NCBI GenBank assembly: GCA_964658305.1 | Contig: OZ210885.1 | Span: 1,364,001-1,428,000, forward strand | DNA from: Leptogorgia sarmentosa | Lineage: Eukaryota | Reading direction: 5' to 3' | Length of the DNA: 64,000 nt | Shown: positions 35,751-54,790 of the stretch, piece by piece | Position numbering within the stretch: position 1 is the stretch's first letter | Layout: every line of letters begins with the position of its first letter | Translations under genes and position numbers: made by a program | The notes under the pieces: generated by a model | The model's input: the letters and a program-made list of their open reading frames with translations, nothing else | What the model was told of the DNA's origin: nothing | Databases searched by the model: none

Positions 35751-38700
35751 ATGGAAGGGTTTTCAAATTTGGTTAATATCTTCATCATCGGAGTGCTGGT
35801 ATTCCTTTTTGAAGGAATAATTGCTCAACATCCCCCACCAGGCCTGGGTATGAAGTAACTTATTATACTATACGCATGCATGGTACAACTATTTCTCACT
35901 TGTTTATTCAACATTCAAATTATTGCATAAATGTGTTGAACAATAAGTTAAAACTGCACATGTCAATTTCTAAGATGATGTTTGGGTTTATGCCAAATAA
36001 ACCAGTAGCACTTGGAAGTTGAAATACAGCGAACTCCCCACTACGTAATTAATTATTCCATTTATACAGTAAAATATATTATATAATCATAATTAAATCA
36101 TTTGTAGTAAACATGCAATCAATATGAGCAGGTAAATAAGACTTTTCCACTCTGGTTAAATACTATTTGCTACTAAAATATTTCCGCGAAGATACGTCGC
36201 ATTTCAGTTCATCGTTTCATCTCAGTCAGTCGAATGATGGCCGTAGCCGGCAATATTTTTCACAACGCCATGCAGAATGTGAATCATGCCCGACAAATCG
36301 CAAGGGCCCAACCAATGTTTGTGCCAGGGGCCCCGCGGCAAGCTTGATCCGCTCCTGGCCGTATGTAGGTTTAAGGTTTTTATCGCGTAAATCCTCTGAA
36401 TAAATAAAGGGGAACGTAACGCTCGAATTTGGTATTCAAATAATTATTAGAAAAAACTTCGATCGTGAAATAATTCAGATAAATACACCAAAACCAAAAG
36501 TCGTGAAGTCAGTGTCCTTCATATAACAGTGTCCTTCTCGACATATTTTATCTGCTACTTTAACTTTTTGATACAAATTATACTAGTTTCACAAAGGTCA
36601 GTATAAAAAATGATTTGTGCATAAAATATTGTGAATTATCTGGAAGAATAATAACTTGGTATGTTGCGTATCTAATGTTGTCAAATGGTTATATAATTAT
36701 ATAGCAACGAAGTAAACAAACGATAAAGAATTTACCTATTCACTGTTATCATGCAGTGCGATCAGTGGCGTAGGAAGCGGGGGGGGGGGGGGGGAGGGGG
36801 GGCGGCCCCCCCAATATTTTATGCAGGGGGGATTTCATATCCGAAATATCTTTCGGCTCCCCATTAAGAGCTGTATTTGGTTTGTAAACTGTGCGATTAG
36901 TTCGCAAGCTGTGGTTGTACTACATCTAAGACCTCTATGTTAAAGTATGCTCAAATATTTTAGTTCTGCATGCATGCATGTGCGTGCATGATGTGTAATT
37001 AAATTAACGTGATTATACTAAAAGAATTCGAAAAAGAAATATACAAATTAGATAATGCGATAACCAAAATTCCATTCCATAGATTCCTCTTAATTTAACG
37101 ACGCACCGTATAAGGTAAAGGTAGCAAAATTAATCTTTTATGTAATCTCTTATATATATGTGATTTATGTAACATTGATCAGAGTGAATAAAACCTGTAA
37201 AACACTGAGTTAGTCGTGTGAAACTGTATTTAGTTTATTGGGGTGGCAAATGGCTACGCCCAACATCTTAACACTCTATACTCTATTCTGAGTGTTAAGG
37301 CTTTGGTTAACACTCTGAAATGGCCGTTTCCGGCGATTGTTTTTTCATTCCGCCGTTTCTCGCTCGACGCCAGAGACTCGCCCTCCCCCCAAATTTCAAA
37401 CCGTTCCTTATGTGCGAGGGGCCCCGCGCTGAACATCTGCGACAGGCCCCGCGCGATGTTAATCCGGCTCTGGTTGACGGAAGTGTTTGAACAGTACGTA
37501 AGTAAAAAATGTCTGCTGCATTAGACTATTAGATTTACGCAGTGTACATAAAACAATACTCATAAAGTATGAACCTAAAGTAATCTACATCTAGAAATGT
37601 TAAGTCGGTACAACCATTATGGATATTACACCAACTATTTACAATAAAATATCAACAATGTCTATATCTTAAAATGAAACATGCACATTAAATTAACATT
37701 CATAAAGATTTAAATAAAACCCTACCGAGAGTCCGAATTGACTACGTTTTCTGGCAACTTGTTCCATTTCTTTATTGTTTGAGGGAAATATGAAAAATTT
37801 GTAAAAGTCTTTATTGATGCTCGGCACTCTTAACTCGTGTTTCAGTATGGGGAGCCAAATGTGTTTCCATACGTTCATATATCCAATAAGTTGTGCGACA
37901 TTTTGTACAGACGCTCTTGTCTCATGGGACTCATGCACGTTGATGGAGGATTTTGTTGCTTGGTGGACGAGTAAATTAGATTGTGTTTTCCCGGTGAAGA
38001 TATTCAGTATTAATAATTATATTTGGTTATAATTGTATAGATAATTCAGTATTTATTTTTGCGTTAATTTTTTTAGGAAATCCCATTTACGATGATTGCG
38101 TTGCATATTACGAAAGGAGCTGTACGTAAGTATATCCAATATGGGGATTATTGTTATATACAAAACTACGTGTGGCCGGCTTGGTTCGTAGCCCGTTTAC
38201 CTTGAACAGCGGATATTAAGATAAATTTATATAACACTCTGAGTCTCAACTGTCTTGTGAATACCTGAACATAAATTAATATTATTATTATGTAGTTGTA
38301 ACATAAGTGTTCTTTTGAAATTGAAAATTTCTTATTTTGATCGTTGAATGAATACATATAGCTAGCTAGACTTGCTAATATTCTGGATCTGCCTTTTAAG
38401 CCAAATAGTCGGCATATAGAATTAAAACATCTGAAAACGGAAAGTCGTCAACAAACATGAAAGTATTTTATCACAGCAAAATGCGAAAATATTTTGAGAA
38501 AACGCGGAAATTTTGCAGTTAAACATCAGGGGCCGGTTGCTCGAAAGTTGGATTGTCGAGAATGTTTGCCTCCGTAAACTGTAGTCCTCGACAAGTCACA
38601 ATACGTTTTCAGTTTTATTTAATAATATAGAGTTTAAAGTAATCACATTGTCTCAGTCTCGCTAAGCCTCACACCTGTGCAAAAGTGAGCTCATTTTCAC

Positions 38701-41700
38701 CAGTCTCCCTTAGTTATACCCATCCCTAAATGTTATATGATACCTCATTACGTAATTTAATTAAAGCAAATGTCTTATATGTTCCGTCAGTTCCCAACAG
38801 GATGATGTGATCCATCGGATAGTGATTCCTTCAAGTTTCTCAAAACAACACGTTAATCGATCTGGTTCAGATTTGTTGAACTTTCTTTTTATCAATTGTC
38901 AGGCCCATATTTGTAATTTTTATAGCTTTTTGAACGTTTTTTACAACTGTTGGAAAATTTACTATCCAGTTCATAAAGTTGTCGGACTTTCGAACAACCG
39001 GCACCTGAAACGATGAAAAAGATACAAATGTCGAGGCAGTTGATCAAACATGCCGTTAATACGGGGTTTCCCAGAGCGTAGCTAGCCCAGGGGCGGTTGA
39101 ACCGGGCGGGCAGTGCATGGTTTAATATTTCGCTCCACAAAATGTATTGAACATAAAAATGCCATCCACAGATGTTGTCGCACAAAATCAATCAAAGTTA
39201 AGAAAGTTACTCTCACTTACACAATTACACAAACGATTTGACAATCTACAATCACATTGAACAAAAGCAGTCCAGACCCCGGAATAAGCGGACCCACAGA
39301 CGAGGTGAACTCGATTTTCAAATTATCCTTACTTGAAGTGGATTCCAAAAGAGGTGGAGAGAAACCGTCTCACTTAGAAGTCACAAGGGGAGGGGGGCGG
39401 CATCAGGGGCGGCGGAACATATTTTATTTTGGGGGGGCTAAATTTAAAAAAAGTTTATCGTAGTTTTTTGTCTAAGTGGAAACACAAACGGCATAGCGTG
39501 GAGTCACCAGTCACTGTAGTGATGTCTCCTACCTTTGAAAAATTGTTCAAAATCTACAAAAATAAGGAGATGTAGATTATTTGATCATCTCATGACTCAG
39601 TGTCTCGCATTCTGGAATTCTTTATGTATTCTTTATGTAAAGTGGGGGGGCTAAGCCCCCCACTTTTACTTCTGGGGGGGGGGGCTTTTAGCCCCCTAGC
39701 CCCCCCTGTTCCGCCGCCACTGGGCGGCATCCATGAAGTAGACCAGTTTACGGGTATCCTACGTAGACACATCTACAAGAAAAAAACCCTGTTTTTAAAA
39801 TCCGAAAAAGTGAAAAACTGCTATGTAGAATGCTCCATTTATGTATCCCTCCAACACATTTGAACAAAAGTGGGGGGGGGGGGATGTCCGGATTCCTACC
39901 CCCGTGGTTACGCCACTCACTATACACGGTGGGTGAATGTGTCGGCACACTCGAGACGTTGGGTGAAGGAGACTGATCAGGGGTGGCAATTCCCCCGATG
40001 GAGGGGCTATGTTTCCCAACGAGGGGAGCTTTTAAATAAAATTGAGCCTGCACGATCAGGCCAGGCGGAACGAAAATTGAAGGGGGGATCAGTGGCATAA
40101 ATGAACGCAGCAGATAGTTTAAAAGCTAGATTCGGCTTTTGTCTCTCCAACGCATTTGAATAAAAGTGAAGAGGTACGGATTCCTACCCCCGTGGCTACG
40201 CTACTCACTATTCATGGCGGGGGAGGGGGCGGGATGCGAACGTTTGCGAGACAGGCAAACGATTTTCTTTTCCGTTGAGCTAAGCCTGAGCTGAAATTTT
40301 AGGAATTTGGAATCTCTAGATTGTCTCCGGTGTCTTTCATATACCTCTTTCAGGAGAATGAACATGGCAACAAGATTATGCTTTTTAGAATTACTTTTAC
40401 TTTTTTTCTCAGTTTTTCCCGACGAACTGACTAAATTCCCTAATTCCCTGACTAAATTTTTCAGCTATAATCCACCTGGAAAGAGTTTTCGCTGATTTTT
40501 GTTATTCCTATAGTAATTCTTCACCAATGTATTTCATCAAAGCAAGAAACGATGCTGGCTACGAGACCGAGAATGACATCTGCAAAACTCTACAATCACC
40601 ATGCGAGGGAGGCGGATGGACGCATTTAGGAACCATCCCATCTAGGGGGGCAAGTAGAAAATATTTGGCTAATGTTAATATACGAATAAACATAATACTA
40701 ATGTTATGGAAATCAAATCAATCAATCACACTTTCCCCTTTATGCCCTCTTTAGAATGTTTTTTTTTTAAAACCACATTTGGGGGGGGGCAGTATGTTTT
40801 TTGAGGCGCAATGGCGTATTTTCAATTATTTGGCTCCAGCGATGCAGACAGTACAGATATAAACTTTTCATAAAACGTCTGCGTATAGACTATTTCCAAT
40901 ATTGTCGATGCACGACCATGCCGCCAATTGGCAATTTTTGAAATTTTCTCGGTATGGCATGCATGTCTTTACCAACGTTTAACACCGAAGGATCAACTCC
41001 TTCAAACAATAGCGCATGCATTATTCTTTAATCTAGCAAAATTAGTACGATCTGAACTATATATATACAGCCAATTCAATTAAGGTTGTCCTCTACAAGT
41101 CAAAGGTCAAAATGAAAAATACGGGCTTCAAGCTTCATATTTCTTGTTTACTGACAACTTTCAACCCAGAAAATCGAAAAAAGTTGGTTGATGGTTAAAA
41201 CAATAAGAATATGATCAAGATTTTCAGAGGCGAAGTATATTGAGCACTGGAATAATAGATTCCAAGATTCCCAGCAAGCTATTCGACTCATGTGAATGTA
41301 TTATTCTTTAAACTTGATCCAAAGAGAAGGCAGAAGTTTTAAATAATGCATGTAGTTCACAGCATATACTGGTCGTATTATTCCGCAACTTTAACTTTAA
41401 TTTTGAAGCTCATTATTTTATTTCTGTACTTATACGTCACGATATTTCATGTGTTTAATTTCAGCTTGACTGGAATCATGACGCTAGTGATTGGACAGCA
41501 AAAGGGGAAAATCAAGAATATTTGAATTCACAATTTTGGAGTGCTAATGTCTCTGAAATTTGCTTATTATCAGGCGCATTTAACATTAAAATCCCCGTGG
41601 CAGCTCCATCGTTCCGCAGCTTGTTTTTTCAAAAGAGAATTCTAAACATGTCCGTCTCTGATTGGACAGACTCTCTCACACAGGCAGCGGTGAATTGGTT

Positions 41701-44700
41701 ACCGCCAAACTTCAGTACAGAATGTTCAGAAATTGGATTTAACGTGGGGGGTGAACCACCGTTACCAGCTACACGGCTGGGAATCGTGTCTACACATGGT
41801 CCAGGTAAGAACCAGTTCACACTACACAGCAATAAATTTGGAGCATGCAGTTCAACAGGATATGGCATTGATATGGCATGCACGTGGTTACTTGTTTGTA
41901 ACTGTCCTTGCCGTAGGACATAAATACTAGTTAATTCAGTTTGCTCTATGTACTTTATATTTGTTTGGGAAGGAACCTTGAATGGGCCCCCGAGTTCCGT
42001 TAGGGTCTAAATGTTTTCGTCTGTTGTCTATTTTTGTGCTTGCCTTTGTAATTTGTAATCTTACTTGTTCCTGTAAATAATTTTTGCAATATTCTACTAA
42101 AACAAGTTGGATTGCTCGCTCTCGATTTCTAGAGCGAGATGATAGTTGATTTGGGTATCGTCCTCATCTACTATCACCTCTTATTATATAGACAAGCACT
42201 ATATACGAGATATTCTGTAATCTGATTGGCTGAGCTACTCACTAGCTATTACTTCATATATAGTGAGTAGGACGAATTAATTATCTCACTCAAGTGAGCT
42301 TAAAACAAAATGGCTGAAAATGGCTGAGCGTTTCCTTCAAATGAATGATTTTAATAAATTTTATAATGTTCGCCTTTTGTCTATATAATAAAACAATTAT
42401 ACCATTCGCTCTCGTCGTATATGGCTGATAGCCAACTCGGCTGCGCCTCGTCGGCTATCAGCTCATATACGATTCGAGCTCATGGTATAATTGTTAATTA
42501 GTATACACCCAACCATCGTCTATTACAAATGCTACATGTGATAGACCACACGGTTCGCGAAAAAGCAAAGGAAATCAATATGGTTACTGCAGAAAACTCG
42601 CGTTTTGCTGGGGTTTTATCAAATTTTCTTGATATATTGAGTGTATACTAAAACAATTAGACAACGAGGCCGAGTTGTCTATGAACGATTAGTATAAATC
42701 TTGATGTGACTATAACATTTCCTGCAATTTGATTGGTCAAGAATTGATTTATCTCTTGTTATAGTCACCTCCTAGGAGGTGACTATCAATTTTTCATAAT
42801 TAAAATTCAAAATGGCCGCTCGGTTTGCTGAAGATTCGCAGGAGGAAATTGACAAAATTAAACAAGAAAGCATCCCCAAGAAAACCAAACAAGCGACAAA
42901 ATATGGCTTAAAAATCTTTCAAAGTAAAATATTTTATTTAGTGTTATTTTTATGCAACAAAACTGGCTTTTTTCACTAGCAAAGTGGTGATATGAGCGTG
43001 AATTATTTTATGTAAACAAACTATAAACAAAGTAAACAAAACTTGAATTTCTACTTAAAAGACAGATTGAATCAAATCACTTTGACCTGGAAATTTATAC
43101 TAAAACAATTCGTCGCCTCAGGCTCGGTGATTACAAGCCTTTGTCTATCACCTCACAGTAATAGTCAAATCTGATTGGTCGAAACAGAATCGATAAATCT
43201 CGTATCTTTTTGTGAGCGTGCTCCAGCAGGATACGGATTTTCCCCCCGGCAATTTATTCAAAATGGCGCCCAACAACAATGCAAATCTAATTTCTGACGA
43301 AGAATTAACGAAGAAAAGACAAGATTTGCATAACAAAAACACTATAAAAAGTGAGAACGATGCAAATATAAAGTTGGGAGCGTATTTGAAGGCTCGTCGG
43401 ATTGAAAACTATGAAGAATAGGTTACTTTCAGTGCCGACAAGGTGTATGACTTGTTTCGTGAAATTTAAATTTGCTTATAGCTCGGTGATAGACAAAATC
43501 CTTGTTCCGAAGGTCTGTCGGGGTATACGAGATTTACCCCTCTCAGCCTGGAGCCAGAATTCGTATCCCCCTCAGCGCTTCGCGCTTCGGGGGATACGAA
43601 TTCTGGCTCCAGGCTTCGAGGGGTAAATCTCGTATACCCCTCAGACCTTCGGAATAAGTGTTAATATTCACTTCGCCGCTTCGGGGCTCAGTGAATATAG
43701 ACTTGTATTCACCTCGCCTTCGGCGACTAATTGTTAAATAGAAATCTCGAGCTTGTAATGTACCTTATTCGTACTTAATTTCGCGCGTACTTAATTTCGC
43801 GATTTTGTCGAAGCCATATTTAGCGAGACTTTATTTTCGCGATTTTGATGACCGAAAATAGAAATAGGGCATTAATTTTCGCGAAATACAGATTTGCAAA
43901 ACCATCATTTATTGAATTTTAACTTTTAACAATTGAATTTTATTGAATTTTAACTTTTATTGAAATTTATATATGTCGATGTCGGTAAAACGATATGCGA
44001 GCTGTACATGTTGTTGTTGATCATATATATCGAGAAATTATTAACGATTTAACAATTCCAATTTTTTAACTAATGTATTTAATTTCGCGTGGTTAAATTT
44101 CGCGAGGATTTTTATTCGCGCGACTTTAATTTCGCGATTTTTTTTCAATCGCGAAATTAAAGTCACGCGAAATTAAGTACGAATAAGGTAATTAAATATT
44201 TTAAATTTTGTTTTTCTAGCTTTAGCATCAAGCATGCAACTAAACTCACTTTTATATTACCAAATTTTCTTTGACAAATTTCATGTGTCCATGTTTTAAA
44301 TGTAAATTTGTCAACAAGTGTTACTTTACTTGAAAGTCGCAGAAAGTGTTATGAAACCGCCTTTGACTAATGAAATTTGACAAAGAAAACTTGCAACTTG
44401 GTCGTGTAAACAAGGTAATCTCAATACACGCGGAAAAGGACTGGGACTAGCTGCAGATAGAAATCCATTCTCCGATTGAAACAACTGAATATCTCCCATA
44501 ATATACTATTTATTTCGATTCCATATTTTTGTCAGCTACAGTTCTTCTAACCGAACATAATTACAAAATTTCAACTGGTTTCATACAGAATAACGAAAGA
44601 TATAATCGAGTGAATAGAGCAAACTGGATTTCTTTTCAGACAACCCTTATCCTAATCGGACAAGAGGATTAAGTTCAGTTCTTGTTTCACTAACAATATT

Positions 44701-44871
44701 GTTATCTATCCTCACTATTGACCAGGTTGTGAGTCCACTGAGGAGATGGTTCTTGGACTTGGGATACGTGTTCGAGGGAGGCCAACAGACAGCCGTCATG
44801 GCATATATAATGGAGCTGGTGGTGGGTTTAATGACCATGTTCAAGTTCATGTCCGCTCAAGATTTGTTTAA
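35751..44871 (+). CDS. Secreted USOMP5-like protein, copy B (255 aa, lacks the Pro/Thr-rich stalk)
   Basis: Exons 35751-35847, 38077-38125, 40514-40649 (GC donor), 41465-41804, 44726-44871 total 768 nt in frame with no stops. Exon 1 reads MEGFSNLVNIFIIGVLVFLFEGIIAQHPPPGL. Confidence 0.8.
39404..39722. mobile_element. hAT-like MITE with 8-bp TSD, copy B only
   Basis: GGCGGCAT|CAGGGGCGGCGGAAC..GTTCCGCCGCCACTG|GGCGGCAT; absent from the corresponding region of copy A near 25545. Confidence 0.8.
42181..43735 (+). mobile_element. Copy-B version of the asymmetric-IR/hairpin element array
   Basis: Near-identical to 27816-28847, plus one extra element. Confidence 0.7.
43141..43663 (+). mobile_element. 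Recent TSD-less insertion of an asymmetric-IR/hairpin element, copy B only
   Basis: Empty site AAGCCT|ATATTCAC at about 28775 in copy A. 5' TTGTCTATCACC pairs with subterminal GGTGATAGACAA; TCTGATTGG; ATG at 43263 reads MAPNNNANLISDEELTKKRQDLHNKNTIKSENDANIKLGAYLK; 3' hairpin of about 160 bp. Confidence 0.85.
43763..44188. mobile_element. TA-TSD MITE with subterminal AATTTCGCG repeats, copy B only
   Basis: TA|CCTTATTCGTACTTAATTTCGCG..CGCGAAATTAAGTACGAATAAGG|TA; empty site TGTAATGTAATTAAA near 28870. Confidence 0.85.
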
Positions 44872-45885
44872 GAGAACCAGAAGCAACAGCAACGCCAGAT
44901 ACAATACAAACTACACCACCATAATATTAGTGCACTTAAAACGAGCATGCGCAATGTTTCGAAAAACATTTAACCTCGTAATTTATAAGCTTATTATATA
45001 ATTATACCACATACAGACGTGTATTCTACGTTTAGATTTGACTTCCAGTACCGTTCACTCAACCTCGTACCCAGGCTCTTACCGTAGCGGTAAGAGCTTG
45101 GGTACGAGGTTGCCGTTCACTAACCTGTTACGCATTTGATTGGTTAATCGCAGATAGATTTATCACATCTGATTGAAGTCAAATCTGAACCTCTCTAATA
45201 ATCCATTGAAGTCAACTAATTTTCGCTTTTTTAACAACTAATTGAAGCTGCATCTTGCGCTTGATATAATATATATTTTAAATAACTGCATGAACTGTAA
45301 TTATTTCTTATACTCCAGCACATTTTGGGACTTGATGTACACCTGCTCACGTTTCAAATAAAATATGATTAACGATAAACTCGAATGGTCAGATTTGTGA
45401 ACGAAATCCCAAACAGAGAAAAATAGAGAAAAATAAAAATAATATTGCCTCCGCGGGTAACGTGATGCGAGAATCACACGCTAGACAATATTAGACAATA
45501 TTTTAACTGAGAAACAAAATTGGTCGAGCATAACTCAAATCCCAATCGTATCCTTACACACCTTGCGCCTAACCATTTCACGGTCTCTTGCTATCCCCTC
45601 CGACCCCTTATAATGTTGTGTTGCTGAGGAGGAGGCTATGAAAAATACATAACATGGAGGATAGGCAAGGGAAGATAGACATGAGTGAGTATAATTATGC
45701 TTGATAGCATGAGTATAGGGGAGTGTAGGCAAGACGGACCAATCGGAAGCGGCTTCACTTGCCAAAAAGGTAATAGTTTAATCCATTGTTCTCCGATATT
45801 TTCAATAAATCCCACCCGCGTCAATGACCTGTCCAAACGGTCATATGCATGGCACACAACAAACTCAACTGAAATTCACTACAAA

Positions 45886-53115
<7,230 letters not shown>

Positions 53116-53202
53116 CTTGTTTTCTTCGTTTTTACTTCATGTAAAGAGGACTGAAACGTGCGTGAGTTTTTGCGTGAGCCACGCGAAATGCGTGGAAAAG
53201 TA

Positions 53203-53238
53203 TTGGCGGGAAAATTTCAAAAGTGCCCGGCGAAAATT
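53203..53238. promoter_or_regulatory. E2F-like site plus CHR-like (TTYRAA) element in the putative RECQL/FBXO47 bidirectional promoter
   Basis: TTGGCGGGAAAA (53203-53214) followed by TTCAAA (53216-53221) and a second GGCGAAAA, about 90 bp upstream of the RECQL ATG. Confidence 0.55.
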
Positions 53239-54790
53239 TTTCAGCTCGAGCTTGTATTTTTGTATTTTTGTTGTTTTTACTTCAGAGAAAAAGTATTTCG
53301 TTGACTTTTTAAACAGAAATTCACTTCGGGTATCAAAGGTAAGCCTGCTTTCTTCATATTTCACCAAGTAAGGGCAAAGAACACTTGAAAAAAGAGAAAT
53401 AAACAGTTCTTTTTCGATAAGTAAAAAATCGACACGTTCTCAGAACACAAAGTTTTAGATATTTTAAAGGACAATATTGCGAATATATGGCACTGTATAT
53501 ACTTCAGGAAGAACTGTATATACTTCAGGAAAACATAAATATGAACTTATACCTTGCTTTTGAGTGTATTTCCTCTGAAAAGTCTATCACTCTAGCTCAT
53601 TAAACGACGGTATTAAACAATGCTTTCGTATAAATCCTCCTTTCAGTTCAAGCTGATTTTGTATAAGTGCATGTTTTCACATTTTTCTTACTCACAAAAG
53701 CTGTCTACAGTTAAGCAATATTCTTGAATGAAATCTTGAATGAAACTTTCGCCAATGTAAACAAGATAAAGTTTCGCCATGTAAACAACAAAAACATGTT
53801 TAAAATTGCATGTATACAATTTTGTGTATGTTTGGGTGAAAGAGGGTCACGGCTGGGTATTAGGATTTCTATTTGAGTATTTACACTATTTTCACATAGA
53901 AATTACTGGAATTCGGAAAGATTTCGGAAATTTTATGTAGTTAGTTCAGGTATATTTCACCCGTTATACTATGCTACAACCATTGGAGTAATTCTTATTT
54001 TTTTAGGGTCCCTACCATAGACATCTCGTATAGTCCCAGACCAAAATCATGAACCCTTGTGGTTGAGAATTTCTTCCAAAAGGACCATTTCGAATACTCT
54101 GCTAGGCAGGCCCGTCGGAAACTGTGGTGTGGGTGGGGGAGGGGGGGGGGGCGGGGTCCAGGGGCGTAACCAGCCCTACAAAAGTGAGGGGGTCCATTGA
54201 TCCAGTAGATCATAAACAGTTATACTCCGCATACAAATATGTCCAAGCGTAAGTGCACCTTAAACAAAACAGCCTTGCTGCTCAGCGTACAATGCCTTTA
54301 AATATTTACTTCCTGTCTCGTAACTATGGTAACTAGCTGCCGAGAACAATGATCGCGCATTTTTGCGGGCAATTAGAATCCTTCTCTGACAAACCCTGGG
54401 CAAACTATACATGCAAATTTAATGTAAATTTATTGCGAACGCTTTGGCTGTTTATTCTAATACAAAATTTAAAAGGGAAATAGTTGTTGATAGCGAGCAC
54501 TGCCGAAACCTGATTAATAGGTCCGATCTTGACCCTGCAAAAGTTGCCTTTACGCTTCATATTCCGAACAACTAAATAGCTGGCACAATATAAATTATCT
54601 GACTTCACGTATGTACAAATATTGAACGTGTTTATTGGGAAACTGTGAAGAGCGAACGCTTCGTGGCCGCCATCTTTAATTTTCACGCTGTCAACCGCTG
54701 GCAAACCAATGGCTCAATGTCGCGAATTTCTGGCCATGTTTGGCCATGTTTGATCATGTTCCAATCTTCTTTTTGACTTTACATGCAGAC

